63,873 bases of DNA, filler included, from Licmophora abbreviata (GCA_900291995.1; 13 parts of 13 records of this genome joined end to end with filler, not necessarily neighbours in it), one strand, 5' to 3'. Shown: positions 1 to 12,850, counted from the whole stretch's first letter. A program made the numbers and translations. Notes: a model not told the origin generated them from the sequence alone.

Positions 1-291
1 GAGTTCAAGAAGATTGAAGAGGACGCGCGACAGCAGCTGGAACAAAAAATTGCTTTCCTTTGGTCCCTCCAGCAGATGGAGTTGAGCACCATTATGATTG
101 CTCGTGAGCCCGCCTGGAATGACTTCAAGGCTTCTCTTAATGTGTTCAAAGAGGAAACCGAGCTCAAGATCGCAGAAAGTTTATACGAGTTATTGCCTGG
201 TTGTTTCTTGGATGCCGCTCCCGAGATCAAAGCGATTTTGACTCCGGTCCACAACGAGTTCGATCATGCCGAGACCGAAGGTCCGCCATGA
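1..291 (+). CDS. 3' end of a hypothetical protein (5' part outside window)
   Basis: Open frame from base 1 (EFKKIEEDARQQLEQKIAFLWSLQQMELS...) to the stop at 291; no recognisable motif. Confidence 0.5.
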   Translation, partial: EFKKIEEDARQQLEQKIAFLWSLQQMELSTIMIAREPAWNDFKASLNVFKEETELKIAESLYELLPGCFLDAAPEIKAILTPVHNEFDHAETEGPP

Positions 292-595
292 GACCCGAAA
301 GAAGAAGAATGGGAGACTATAGGAGTAAAATAAAATGAGGCACGGATGTTGCTGTGTGAGTGTTCTGTACACGTAAGTTAGCTACGTGTATGACGCCTAG
401 CTATCTCTTCTCGAAATGAAGAGATAATAATCACAACGAGACGACCTGCCAACGTCCATACATCGCAACAATCAATTTCTAGATTAAGGAACTCTGTCTA
501 CCACTTACTACGAGGGTCAAATCGTCCCGGCGAGACTGCTTCTGCCCTTGGTCACTATCAGACTACCGAGCGACGTCAATGTGCCGACAGCCGAT

Positions 596-1186
596 CTAAC
601 TAAACTGCATCTGATTGTCGCTACGCTGACAGTGCTGAAGTGCTTCGTAAAGGAAGGAGCAGGCCTGTTGGTCTCCCTGATTGACCTGGAGACATTCGAA
701 GAACATTTGCTTGTCCTGAGCACAGGCTCCCTGCAACTGCGTGGTCTCGACGGCGGGTGCAGCCGCCGGTTCTTCGTAGCTGCCTTGTCCGCCGTCTCCC
801 GACAGGGCACCGGCCGCAGCGCCGACGGCACGATGAGCGATAGCACTGCCAGTACCAAATGCCATGCCCTGGGCAATGGTAGATCCGATCCCCGACATGA
901 TACCGCCACTCTGCTGCTGGGCTGGGGGAGCCGCGGCAGGACGAGGAGCCGGGGCGGTACTGCTGGACGTCGAAGCCGGACGACGAGCTGGTGTTGCTGC
1001 GGGACGACGGCGTCCTCCTCCGAGTCCGCCTCCACCACGACGAGAGCGCTGTGGTATACAAGATTGTAGAAGAAAGAAGCGAAATCGTGAGAGAGAAGAA
1101 GATTCAATCCAAGAAGCCCACAGCGATGAAAGGAATCCGCTTTGCCGGAGAACTTTCGAGCTTGCGCTTCCGAGCCATCGAAGCAT
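596..1186 (-). CDS. CHCHD2/CHCHD10 (Mix17)-like mitochondrial intermembrane-space twin-CX9C protein
   Basis: GIMSGIGSTIAQGMAFGTGSAIAHRAVG hydrophobic helix plus C-terminal CAQDKQMFFEC...CSFLYEALQHC (two CX9C); start and first exon uncertain. Confidence 0.88.
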   Translation of the reverse strand: MLRWLGSASSKVLRQSGFLSSLWASWIESSSLSRFRFFLLQSCIPQRSRRGGGGLGGGRRRPAATPARRPASTSSSTAPAPRPAAAPPAQQQSGGIMSGIGSTIAQGMAFGTGSAIAHRAVGAAAGALSGDGGQGSYEEPAAAPAVETTQLQGACAQDKQMFFECLQVNQGDQQACSFLYEALQHCQRSDNQMQFS

Positions 1187-1929
1187 CCAGTGGAACAGAC
1201 GAAGGCCGCATTCTAGTCTGGTGAGCGTCGGGTCCCATCAGACCGAGTCGAGTCACGCATGTGTCGTGCTTGGTCGTAGTGGTCTACGGGTGGTGCGCGC
1301 AGTCGGACCCCGTATCGCATCGGTCGTCTTTCTCTGCTCTTTTACTGCCGAATGTCGTTTCCTTTCTCTCCTCGTTCCATCGAAACCCTTCCGTTAAAGT
1401 ATAGTGCACTTACAGCCATGATTCTTCTTGTTGTTGTTGAACTGGGAGGCGAGAAGCGACCTACGTAGCCAAGAGCCAAGAGCCGCACGATTGTGGGCGG
1501 TGTATCGGCGCGTCATGGATGAAAGGAAGCCCGCTGAAGATTTCGATCGCCCGTCGCCACGTCACTGACGTAGAAGGTATACTGACATCTACGTATATGT
1601 GTCTGTTGATCAAACCAATCTCACCTTTCTTCACAGATCTCAACGCCAAACCAACACATGGACCGCAATCCAAATCCAAACTCTCGGCGCGCCAGAAAAC
1701 TGCACGGACAGGGTCTACCACGATGTTCGTATGTAGAGGACTACACATTCCTCAGTATCCAAGCAGACCGGCGTGCCGCGCGCCCAAATTTCTCAAGCAA
1801 GGACAAGCGCGCCGCATTCATTTTGTTGCCGTCGACTAGACCATCGCCACCATCAGAGACAGGTGCTCGTCGCTAGGCCTGAACTTCTGTCTCCTTGAGC
1901 AGGACTGCGGCTATTCGTTCGTCTAAATC

Positions 1930-4102
1930 ATGCGCAGTGCACCAGGACTGTCGTCGAAGTCTCCCGTTCGACGGGCGCCCGCTACGGCGTCGGCAGGAAC
2001 CCAGACACCGGTTTCGTCCTTGCTGCAGCACAGCCGTGCCCCCGCCGGTGTCTCAGCGAAGATCGCAGGGCCATCTCCCAAGTCTTCTGCCGCGGCACTG
2101 GCGCTCTCTGCTCTCTGTAACCAAGAGCCTGCTACTCAGACTGCTACTCAGACTGGAAGCGCGACAGTTCAGCCCAATGCTGAAGCGACTGCGACACGAC
2201 AAGCGGTAGACATGCCGTCTTCGCGTCCACTGCCCCTCCAGTATCACTGGCAAGGCGTGCAGGGTCCCTCTGTTTCTTCTTCGACTCCAACGACGTTGGG
2301 AACTCACGATGGACCTCCTGCGGGCACATCCCAGCCACGATCGTCGATCCATAGTGGCACGGCGGGGACGACGACATCACGTCATTCGATCCCCCCTCGA
2401 CAGACGGTCACTGGCCACAACAAGAAACCCAAGCTCAGCAGTAACGCTACAACTGCGACTCAGGGTCCAGAGTGTCCAGAATCTATGCTGTCTTCCTATG
2501 ACGCGTCTGTGTCCGAGGGGCGCTTGTCCTATGGCCCCCCTCCGGCTGGTGGCTACTACGCGCCGTACACCCCGGCGACGGCCGCACCTCCTATTCCGTC
2601 GTCCCATATCGAACCGCAAAATGACGGCGGTCTGGGACGCATGCAGCTGTTTCTGGATGTAAGCTTCCATTATCGATATGTGTGGTCGTCATCAACTTGT
2701 TCGCTTCTCGTTGTGCTTGCTTCTTGCTGCTCACTCGTTGCACTCTCAAAATCTGACCTGTCCACAGGCCACAAACCACTTTGTGGCTCACAATCCCATG
2801 TCGCCCCCAGCCTTTCGTCCTCCGGCGTCGGCTCGTGGTGGTCGCAAGAAGAAGGCTAATGGCACTGCTAGTAGTCTCGGCAAGAAGGCAAAACGTCCAT
2901 TGAAGACTGCAGTTGCGGCTACCGCCGCCAACAATACATCCACTGTGCTACTTGTAACGCCGACACCTGCCAAGTATCGCGTCAACTACAGCCGTAAGAA
3001 GAAGTCGCTAGGTCTCCTCTGCAAACTCTTTATGGACTACTACTCCAAGGGCAATAGCACGTCTATGGCAGCGCTTACAGAAGGAAGCGGGGTGGCCGGA
3101 CCTGTTGGAAGCGAGACGACTTCACACCCGACGGTCTCTGCCGAGGGCACCAATGCGAAGTCTGCGGTATCTACGAAGTCTTCTATCTTTGACAGCGAGG
3201 ACGACGAGAGGGGCACTGTAGTGATTGACGACGCGGCTGAGGCCTTGGGCGTCGAGCGCCGTCGTATCTACGACATTGTCAATATTCTCGAGTCGCTGGA
3301 CATTCTCCGCAAGAAGGCCAAGAACACCTACGACTGGATCGGCGCTGGTCACTTGAAAGAATTCTTTGCCACCCTTCAGTCTCAAACGGATGCGGACGTC
3401 GATCGGGAAAGGAAGGGTCTTGGTCGACTCAGCCAGAACTTTCTTCGGTTGTTCTTACACGGGCGTACGACCCTGGGATTAACGGAAGCATCAGCCGAGT
3501 TGGGACTGACGCAAGCTGACGACTTTCAGGATGGAGTCGCCATGCCGGGTATCAAGACCAAGATTCGAAGATTGTACGATATCGCCAATGTCTTCGTCAG
3601 CGTCGGTATCATTACCAAGCTGGAGAGCGATACGCGCAAGGGCTCCCGTCCGACGTTCTGCTGGGCCTTTCCGACTAGCCCACAAGAACTCAAGGCCATT
3701 GCTGCGGTCGAGGCGGCAGAAGGATCTGCGCTGTTATCGAGAGTCTCGCCGACTCCAAATGGCGTTCCGTCTGCCATCAATCGAGAAGGCGCTGCTGAGA
3801 AGCCACCAACTGCTCCGACCATGACCTCGTCGTTGTCACCCCCTTCTCCCTTGGCAACGAAGGTTCTCAACCACCCAAATGCCGGGCTTACGCCTGCTAC
3901 TGCCAATACCAAACGCATGCTGTCGCAGATCAATCAGCATGGTGCTGGTACGGCGTTGACGACTTTCCAGGTGGATGGCTGCCCCGTTTCGGGACTCGTC
4001 ACTGAGGCCTATCTTCCATCGACCACCGACAACGAAGAGACGAATCTGACGCGAGCCATTTCCATCTCTCCCACCACCACTGGAGTGCACGAAGCTCGTT
4101 AA
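1930..4102 (+). CDS. Atypical E2F (DEL / E2F7-8-like) transcription factor with two DNA-binding domains
   Basis: DBD1 YSRKKKSLGLLCKLF...ALGVERRRIYDIVNILESL; DBD2 KGLGRLSQNFLRLF...KTKIRRLYDIANVFVSVG; GTAAGC...CAG intron at about 2659-2767. Confidence 0.9.
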
Positions 4103-4279
4103 TCATGCTTCTGACTCCCTACAACACACTCCCTGGAAGAATTGACACGAGCAGTCGACACGATAAAGAACTTAGTTCATTAGGGAATTTGTTTGTTCTG
4201 CATCTTGTCGTCGTCTCCCTCTCTCTCGGTATAATGTAGCAATACATAATGAATCACACATCGTTTCGCGGTCCATCTT

Positions 4280-5939
4280 CTACGCGTTCAACTTCTTCAG
4301 CATGAATATGCTGCTCAGCGAGTCCTGCACGGCGGCGTCGGGCGTGGACGCGCCCGACGTGACACCCATGACAACCTCCTGGTCAAGATCCAGCAAGAAG
4401 GGTTCGGTCACGATTTCGCCGTCGACAGTTCGATGTGTAATCGTATTGTCCGCTCCGATGCACTCGGCACGATTGATATGGAAGGAGCGGACACCTGCAT
4501 GCACAGGAATCTCTAGCAAGTGTGCAGTATTGGAAGAATCCCATCCGCCAATTACGAGGATGAAATCCAGGCCGAGCTTCTCTGAGTCTTGTACCAGCTC
4601 ATCGACCGCGTCCTGTCGCTCCTGTTTGGTCGCATACAAGTGCCACAGCAAACAGTGAGCACGACCTATACGATAGCACACTACTCACTTCACACATCAT
4701 GCACACCCATACCTGCGTGGCGTCACAGATGGTATCGAATTCCATGTAGTGATTCTTCACCTCGACCGGGCCGAACTTTTTCATCATTGCCTTCTGCATA
4801 AGCTGTCCGATCGCTCGCGTCTCCTTCTTGTACATGGTCGTCTGATTGGCCAGTCCCACTTTAGACAGCATCGTATCCGGATCAAAGTCTTTGGAGACGG
4901 CATTCTCGAAGTGCTTTAGAAACGCTTCCTTATCGCCACCATTGACAATGTAATCAGCAACCATTTCGGCTTCTTTCATGTCCTTGACGCAAATATAATC
5001 TTCGCAAAAGCTAATTGTGGCAATCGTCTCTTCGTGGGCGTACTTGCCATGAATGACCGACGTCAGACCCTCCTTCTGATGCTTGTCGACTGTATTCCAA
5101 ACTTTCGATACCCACGGACAAGTTGTATCGATGACTTCCACATTCTAGACGAAATAATGACAACGAAGTGATGCACTCATGGTGAATTCAAAGATACAGA
5201 AGGAAAAGTGTCGCTACACTCTGTAGATCTACTCACCCTCTTGTCGAATAGATCCATCTCTTCAAAACTAGCCCCAAAGGCCGGCAGAATCACCACGTCG
5301 CCATCCTCGACGGTCTCAAAGTTCTTGCCGCCATCCTCTCTCTTTTCGATGAACTGCACATCCATATTGTGAAGATTATCGTTGACCTCCGGATTGTGAA
5401 TGAGCTCATTGGTAATGTGAACCCGCTTTCCCGGAAAGTGTTCGACAGCTTCGTACGCCAAGGCAATGCTTCGTTCTACTCCCCAGCAGAATCCAAAGTC
5501 CTGTAGTCAACCAGAGATGGGATAAAAGAGCGATGAGATGATTCGTTCACTAGAGTACCGTATGACGTTCCAAGTGACACACGACACAGACTTCGTAAAT
5601 TACCTTGGCAAGATAGACTTTGACTCCATCGCGCTCCATGAGATAGTTGTTCTGTTTGAAGTCTTCGACCAGAGTGCTCTTGAATTGACCCTGCATCGTG
5701 TCTTCGACTTTCTCTCTGACTTCCTTGAATCCCTTGCGATAGAACTGATCGGACTTCATCATGCGAAGCCGCTCTTCCTTTTTGGTCGGCTTCCTTTCGT
5801 CAGTGTCTGCTTTCGATTGTTCTGTCGTGGACATGGCGAGACCGAACCCAGGACGCATAGCCCTCGCCGAGGGACTCACAAAGCCGTGAGCGCAGCTTGC
5901 GCTCACTAGGAGTGTCACTGCTGCTGTCGAGAACTTCAT
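4280..5939 (-). CDS. ispH: 4-hydroxy-3-methylbut-2-enyl diphosphate reductase (MEP pathway), plastid-targeted, multi-exon
   Basis: [70 protein letters not shown]-terminal [23 protein letters not shown] bipartite presequence. Confidence 0.96.
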
Positions 5940-6309
5940 AGTCGATGGATGGGGTGAACGTGCCGATGGTAAGGGGGGAATGAGACTAGAGGGCGCTGCT
6001 TGCGTGCTGATGTTGAATATGCTCGTACTTCTTGTGTTCAACAGTAAAGTACTTGTACGGAACAATCTCGTCGCAAAACTTGAAAGTGGTGTGTCGTTCC
6101 CGCCCTCTGGTCGCCTCCACGTGGTTCGGAAAGTTGAACTTGCTGACGCCAAGATACGTCAGAGGTATCTTTGAGTTCTCACGAAAGATATCGTTCAAGA
6201 GAGTTCGTGTACCATTTGACACAAAAGTGAATTTGAAATTTGAGACGCGGCCGCATTCGATATTCGATGTGACCAAGACGTCGCAAAGAGTGAGAGAGGG
6301 ATTGTCGAT

Positions 6310-6409
6310 NNNNNNNNNNNNNNNNNNNNNNNNNNNNNNNNNNNNNNNNNNNNTTAATTAATTAANNNNNNNNNNNNNNNNNNNNNNNNNNNNNNNNNNN
6401 NNNNNNNNN
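6310..6409. other. Artificial scaffold spacer (N-run + TTAATTAATTAA + N-run); same spacer at 15117-15216, 18771-18870, 20494-20593, 28161-28260, 38245-38344, 46022-46121, 47741-47840, 54025-54124, 55397-55496, 60108-60207, 62531-62630
   Basis: Twelve 100-nt blocks of identical design with stop codons in all six frames. Confidence 0.99.
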
Positions 6410-9400
6410 CCAATTAGACGTACCTGCTGCACAAAGGGAGTCCTGTATTTGTTGACCTGCTTGGCACCCGTTCCTCTACAAAGTAAAGTAGTTAACTCAA
6501 CTGTGAGTTACGTTCGAAAGATCGTCGCTAAACGAGATTGCGGCCACATTGAGACCTACCTTTTTCCTTTGACAACAAAATCATCTGGAACTCTGACAGT
6601 GGCAGGAAGCTCTATCAAATACTTGTCCTTTGACTCAGCTTTCGTGTTGATGTATTTCCACTTCGACTTCGCAAGCTGGCTCGGGTGAAGGTCGTTCGTG
6701 CATGTCTCGTCCTTGTACTCCTGGAGTTCACGCTGGATACGCTGGATCGCATCACAAGCTTGATCGTACGTCTCGTCGACGCCTCGAGCGGGCTCGAATA
6801 GGCCCCTAGCAGCTTGATCACAGTCGAAGTTGTCAAAGAACCAATCAAGCTCGTTGGTCATTTCAGGAAAGCATCCGCCGTCCTGGATGGAGCGGACTAT
6901 CTTCTTTAGCAGTCCGCTTTGGATGTCAATACCATGGAAGAGTTCAGGAATTTGTGCAGCACTTCGAAGACCATTTAGAACCTTGGAAAAATCGCCGACC
7001 TTTCGCTTGGTGTGTGTCACAGTTTCATACAAGACAGCACGCTCGTTCGGGTGGTGGCCGCGCTCCTCCCGATCAGAGCCTCCTCCTCCCATACTGTGCA
7101 CTCGACTCAAGAGGCGGTCAATGTCCCCACACTTGGCTAAAACATTTCGAGCCTCCGAAATAGAGATAGCAGCGCCACCCGACACCAATTCCTCGACGGC
7201 ATCCGCACGGCGGTCAATATCCGCTTTGCGAAAAAGAGGACGCAGCAACCAGGCGCGCAACAGACGACAACCATGCGGAGTTTTGGTGGAGTTGATTTTT
7301 GACCAAAGGCTACCGGCCGTTGTTTGAGTCTGTCCATTCGTCAAGACTTCAAGATTCTGCAGGGTGGTACCATCCAGCGACAGATGATTGATTTCGCTCT
7401 CACGCGAAAGAGTCTCTGTCGACTCAAACGCAACAGCTGGGGCAGCCACGAGCGCCGTCGGTTCCGTTCCATCTTCTTCTTGGTCCTGCTGCGTCACGAC
7501 ATTAGTCAGGATCTCTGCGCTGTTAGACTTGCTCGTACCAGACGAGGCAGGAGGGATGTAAGCCCTCACAATGTTCATGCCCAGGATATCCTTGTCGATT
7601 AGATTCCTCTGCAAGAAAAAGAGCACGGCTCCAAAGCTAGCCAGCGCAAGCTCGGCATTGCCATCGACAACCGCCCGCAAGACCTTGGGCCAACGACTGG
7701 TGCTACGACGATCTTGTTGCTGACGCGACGCGCGAGGGTAGTATCCGCGTCGATGAAGCTCATCCAAAGTCTCTTCCGTGTTCCACGGTTCCACAATAGG
7801 GCTCTTGCGCTCCATCTTCCGACGGATGTCAACGTCGATAGCAGTAGATTTGGGAAATGTTTCCTTCGGCTGGATACGTTCCATCCGGCAAGCATATCGC
7901 GACGTGCTTGCACAGACTTGATAAGAGACAACAACGTGGGTGAAGCGCCCTCTTCACCGCCTTCGACAAGAACCTGTATGCGAGCAAATGAAGTACAAGC
8001 AAGACGCGCGATGGTGAGATATCAGAAAGCATGGATCGACTTCGACAGAGAGACGGCAACAAGAACATACCTCAGATGGTTCATACGCGGTCAAAAGTGT
8101 ATTCATTCGACTACGCAAGACATCGTCGGCAAATTGTCCAATCGTAATGGAACCACGTGCCGCATCCACAAGTGTAATACCATACTCGCAGACAGGCTGC
8201 GCCGCCTCTTGCTCGTTCCCGATAGAATCGTCAGTGCACGACAAGATTACTTCCCGAATGGCCAAGAGAGGTCCGACAGACGACTCGCTGCCACTCGCAG
8301 CATCCAAAAGCTGCGTATCGTCCAAGTAGCAGAAGGTTCTGGTACCCATAGTGAGGATCGAACACACTTCACGATTGACAACTTGTGGAGTCGGAGCACC
8401 ATGCTTCTTTTTCTTTTTACGCTCCTTGAGCATATCCGGCGTCTCCGTCTGTTCCACACGAGCCACCTTGTAACCAGCCCGTACCAGCTTGGCCGCCATG
8501 GTTCCGTAGGATACTTCCGGAAAGCCGGAATGCGCAATCTCACCCTTCATGTAGATGAAATCCAGCACTTGAACGCCAATATCTGCGTCCATGTGGTAGA
8601 GTTCATAGAACTTGCCCGTTTTGAAAAACAAGACGGAATCGAAGTACTGCGCCTTGAGTTCCCACCACTGCCGACTCGCTGGAGTGAGTTTCTTACTGCC
8701 GCCATGTTCCAATTCGCGGTAGTCGACCTTGAGCGTGTGAGAATCGTACAAGGGATCGTCTGGAGCACGCCCCTGAGCATCACGAGGGTTCTTCAAAAAC
8801 GCGAGATGATTGTGGAGGTGCGATCCAGCTGGATTGACGGCACCCTTGATAGGTTTCATGGTAGTCGGTGTATGGCTTGTATTTTGAATCGACGATACGC
8901 TGCGAGACGGAGTGATACGTTCCGGAGGTGTCACGCGTGTCTGAGACTGAGAGTCACCGCCAAGCACCGACGCCCGAGGGGACCACAAGGACGACGAAGC
9001 GGCGGCAGTCTGTTTATGCTTCTCTTGTTGCGAAGACGGAGCGACGACATTGGTCACTTGAAAGCGGGGCTTCTTCTTCTTGGGAGGTGCGGATGCCTTG
9101 CTCGTTTTGAGCTTGCGAGGCGTCTCCTCGTCGTCCGTCACCATCCACTGGTCCTCCTCATCGGCATCTTCGTCTTCATCTTCTACATCGCCTTGCTCGT
9201 AAGCCGATTCTTCATCGTCGTCCTCCGATTCTTCCAAGTCAAATTCGGCCTCTTCGTCCGAAGAGTCGTCTTGTTGAATACGGCGTTTCTTGCTAGTGGT
9301 GCTTGTGGTAGTAGAGTCCAGCAAGCGAAATTGACTTGTCGCGAGGTCAATGCGTTCGACTTCACCGTCGTCGTAGGAGAGAGTGGCAGCACAAGCAGAT

Positions 9401-9762
9401 CCACCACTGCTCGATTGCAGTGCAGTGACGGTAGCTGGGTAGTACGTGTCATCGTCGTCCCAGTACACTTCCAGCCGAGTTCCCAGCTTGACTTGTTTCA
9501 GTAGGGCCGAAGAAGATGAAGAAGAGGCAGTCGTAGGCACGTTGCTCTTTTTAGTAGTTCTGCTAGCAGTACTAGACGACGATGAAAGGAGCGGAGACTG
9601 CGTAGCTACGTTGGCGTCCGTCAAAGCAGTACTATTTCTCGGTGCTGCCGCAGCATTGCTCTTGCGGGCCGAAGCCGGCTTGTCTGACTTTTTTCCAAAA
9701 AAGCTAAACAACGTTCCCTGCTTCAGATTCTGCTTTGCAGGACGCTTGGCAGACGACGACAT
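6410..9762 (-). CDS. MSH6: DNA mismatch repair protein MSH6, 3' part lost in gap
   Basis: PIP box QGTLFSFF, Tudor-like domain, WWELKAQYFDSVLFFKTGKFYELYHMDA, GYKVARVEQTETP, LDGTTLQNLE, KTPHGCRLLRAWL; introns near 7990-8070 and 6470-6560. Confidence 0.95.
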
Positions 9763-9926
9763 GATCAAATACAACGTTGCGGAGCAGAAAAAAGCTGACA
9801 AACGTAGAGTAACGCTAACAGCAGCAGTAGCAGAGAGGAGATCGTCTCTCTGCTGTGTCGCCTCTTTTTGTGAATGAGATCCGAAACTCAAAAGTTGAAA
9901 CAAAAATGCGAGGCGCGCGTTCTGAA

Positions 9927-9938
9927 TTTTTGGCGCGC
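9927..9938 (+). promoter_or_regulatory. Candidate E2F site (TTTGGCGC) in the MSH6/RFC4 divergent promoter
   Basis: TTTTTGGCGCGC matches the TTTSSCGC consensus in the ~370-bp gap between two head-to-head replication/repair genes. Confidence 0.5.
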
Positions 9939-10129
9939 CCGTTGACTCGAATTTATTCGCATACAATTGCTGGAGTGTGGATACCTAGCAACTTGAAACT
10001 CCAGCCCGCGGTGAACTGACGGAAAAGAGTTCAGATTTCGAGCATTGCTGCGTCCTGAATCAATCACAGTGTTGTCGGTTGACGACCTCCTCCTCTGTGT
10101 GTGCTCATTGACTTTTGTTGATTTCTACC

Positions 10130-11352
10130 ATGACAGAATCCACCACGACACCTACTGCGCTCCCTCCGGATACCAATACTCCTTGGGTCGAACGCTATCG
10201 GCCCAAGAATCTGAGCGAAGTCTCGCACCAAAAGGAAGTCGTGTCGACTCTCCAAAATGCCTGCCAAACTGGCCGCTTGCCTCATTTGCTCCTCTACGGC
10301 CCACCCGGTACGGGTAAGACCAGCGTCGCGCTGGCCCTGTGCAAGGAACTGTGGCATCCTAACGATTACAAGCGTCGGGTCTTGGAACTCAATGCGTCGG
10401 ACGAGCGTGGGATCAGTGTCGTGCGCGATAAAATCAAACACTTTGCCAGTCTGGCGGTCGGGGGAAGTAACAGCAGTGGACAGAAGAGTAGCACGATGAA
10501 CAGCTTCTTCCAAAAGAAGAATACCGCGGACGATGATGCTATGGAGGAGGATGGTACGAAGGATCAGAACGAAAAGAAATACCCCAACCCGCCCTTCAAG
10601 ATTATCATTCTGGACGAGGCGGACACGGTAACGCCCGATGCCCAGGCAGCCTTGCGTCGCATCATTGTAAGCACAAGAGTTGAACTTATGGTTGCTTAGC
10701 TTCACTCTTCTTACTCTGTCGGTCTCTTCTTTACTTTGTACACTTGCAGGAAGCGCACTCTCGCATTACGCGCTTCATTTTGATATGCAATTATGTCACC
10801 CGCATCATTGAGCCACTTGCATCTCGTTGCGCCAAATTTCGCTTTCAACCTCTACCGAGTAGCAGTATGAAGGCCCGATTGATGGAGATCTGTCGTATGG
10901 AAGAATGTCAGATTGGAGAACCGCAAGTCGATGACATTCTCGGCTTGTGCCAGGGGGATATGCGACGAGCCGTCACCACGCTGCAGTCGGCGCATGCGCT
11001 GGGTGAGACGATTGACAGTGACACGATCGCGGAAATGACGGGATTGCCACCGACTCGTGTTGTGGACGCCTTGTGGAAAGCGTGTGGTACCAACGTCTTT
11101 AATACCATGGAAGAGGCTGTCGAAGATACCTGTGCCAGTGGGTACTCAGCACAAGCTGTGCTTGCGGCCATGTGCAAGATTGTCGTGACGTCGAAGGAAC
11201 TCAACGAAATCTCCAAGGCCAAGTTGTCGCTTCGCATTGCCGAATCGGAAAAGAATCTTGTCGATGGCGCCGATGAGTACCTGCAGCTCATGACGGTGTG
11301 CAGTCTCGCGTTGAATTGTGTGGAAGAGAGCAGGATGAGTAAGCAGTCGTGA
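10130..11352 (+). CDS. RFC4: Replication factor C small subunit (human RFC4 / yeast Rfc2 type)
   Basis: [67 protein letters not shown]; intron about 10667-10749. Confidence 0.93.
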
Positions 11353-11624
11353 TTTTATAGGCACCGCGGAAAACTATGGAAGTATTATCAGCTTGGGTAT
11401 CCTGAGGCACGTGGGAGGAAACCGGCATGTTGAATGTAGTCTGTAGACAATCACATGGCTTGCCATCTTAGCTCAGAGAGAGTCGAGGAGTCGAGTCGAG
11501 TCCTCAGACCTACAGTATTCCCTGCTATCGCGAAGTTTTGGGCTAATGATGTGACGCCTGACTCACTCGACTAGCGACAGAGGTTCCCGCACCACGCACC
11601 TCACAAACACTTTCGTCACAAAAG

Positions 11625-12599
11625 ATGTTGATGTTGACGATGATGAGACTGCAGCCGCTCCTCCTCGCTTGTCTTTTCCTGTTGTCACTTGGTGATATGG
11701 CGGTTAAAGGCTTTATAACCTCCTTGACATTGCATGAAAGTTTCAGTAGACGGAGCAACGTGGTCATCGGCCGCTCGTCGTCATCCAGCGACGCCGACCA
11801 TGATTCCTTCATGGCGTCGCTGCAGAAACGAGTGCAGCAAGTCACTCAGAATGACAGCATCTTGCCCCTGGTCGTCCTCGACTCAATGCTACCCCGACAG
11901 GTGCTAAAGCTGTCTGTCAATAATGGCTTGTTGAAGGAACTGGTAAAGCACAGACTGGAAGCCGAGACTCCGTACTTTGGGATGCTCGGCATGGCGCGCT
12001 TGGAGAGTGGCGAGCAAGTGCACTTGAAATCGGGAGTTCAGGTTGAAATTGTAGGAAAGCCTCGCGTAACGGATGATGGCACACTTCAACTTGAACTGCG
12101 AGCTGGAAAGAGATTTCGTATTCGCCCCGAGACGGTCGAGAACGCAGGACGAGGGTGGACGCAAGCGCAAATCACATATGCGGACTCGACCGACGAAGAC
12201 AATGCCGAGTGGGAAGAGGATGGCGCAGATCCAATGAGTATCACTCGAGCCATGCACACTGCGAGAGAATTTACGGCTCCAAACATGATCATGGAAGAAT
12301 CACTGAGCCTCGTCGACACGTGGATCGGACTGGCACGGGAAAAGGAGCGAGCTCCTGGACAGATTGATCAATTGCTCAAAGACTTGGGACCGATACCGTC
12401 GTGGAAAGAGCCATCGGAGTGTGCCTTTTGGGTAGGTGCGCTCATCAACCCAATTCCTGCTATGGGTGTAGCGCGAGAAATCAGACCAAGCCTGCTGGTG
12501 GCATCGACCGCTGAGAAGAGAACTGAAATCGCCTTGGACGGCATATGGAATTCCATCCAGTTTATGCAAGGTCCGACAATCGAAAGGAGAAAGGAGTAA
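11625..12599 (+). CDS. Lon N-terminal (substrate-binding) domain protein with signal peptide, probably plastid
   Basis: LPLVVLDSMLPRQVLKL...FGMLG...GKRFRI; WVGALINPIPAMGVAREIRP; hydrophobic N-terminus followed by G-FITS. Confidence 0.7.
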   Translation: MLMLTMMRLQPLLLACLFLLSLGDMAVKGFITSLTLHESFSRRSNVVIGRSSSSSDADHDSFMASLQKRVQQVTQNDSILPLVVLDSMLPRQVLKLSVNNGLLKELVKHRLEAETPYFGMLGMARLESGEQVHLKSGVQVEIVGKPRVTDDGTLQLELRAGKRFRIRPETVENAGRGWTQAQITYADSTDEDNAEWEEDGADPMSITRAMHTAREFTAPNMIMEESLSLVDTWIGLAREKERAPGQIDQLLKDLGPIPSWKEPSECAFWVGALINPIPAMGVAREIRPSLLVASTAEKRTEIALDGIWNSIQFMQGPTIERRKE

Positions 12600-12850
12600 T
12601 CGAAAAAAAGTGCGCTCGACTTGCCCCTGCAGGATACTAGTGTCGATTATGGATGTCCGTCTTTGTGTCGTCTTTGCGCGCACAAGGGTTCGACGTCGAG
12701 AGACTACGGCGACCCCAACACATCGACATCAGCTACTATAATCCTCGCTTGATGTCCGTGCAATGCAATGAGGCGTCGTTATCAGTTAACTCTTATTGGA
12801 CGCTCCGTCTCACTTTTAGTTCGCTTTGTATACATATCAATACAATGCCT

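Noticed and set aside
517..1397. Several overlapping ORFs around the CHCHD2-like gene
   Set aside because: GC-rich alternative frames; only 596-1186 (-) carries family motifs.
7714..9504. 596-aa plus-strand ORF
   Set aside because: Antisense shadow of MSH6 with no recognisable motifs and an unnatural Arg/Leu-rich composition.
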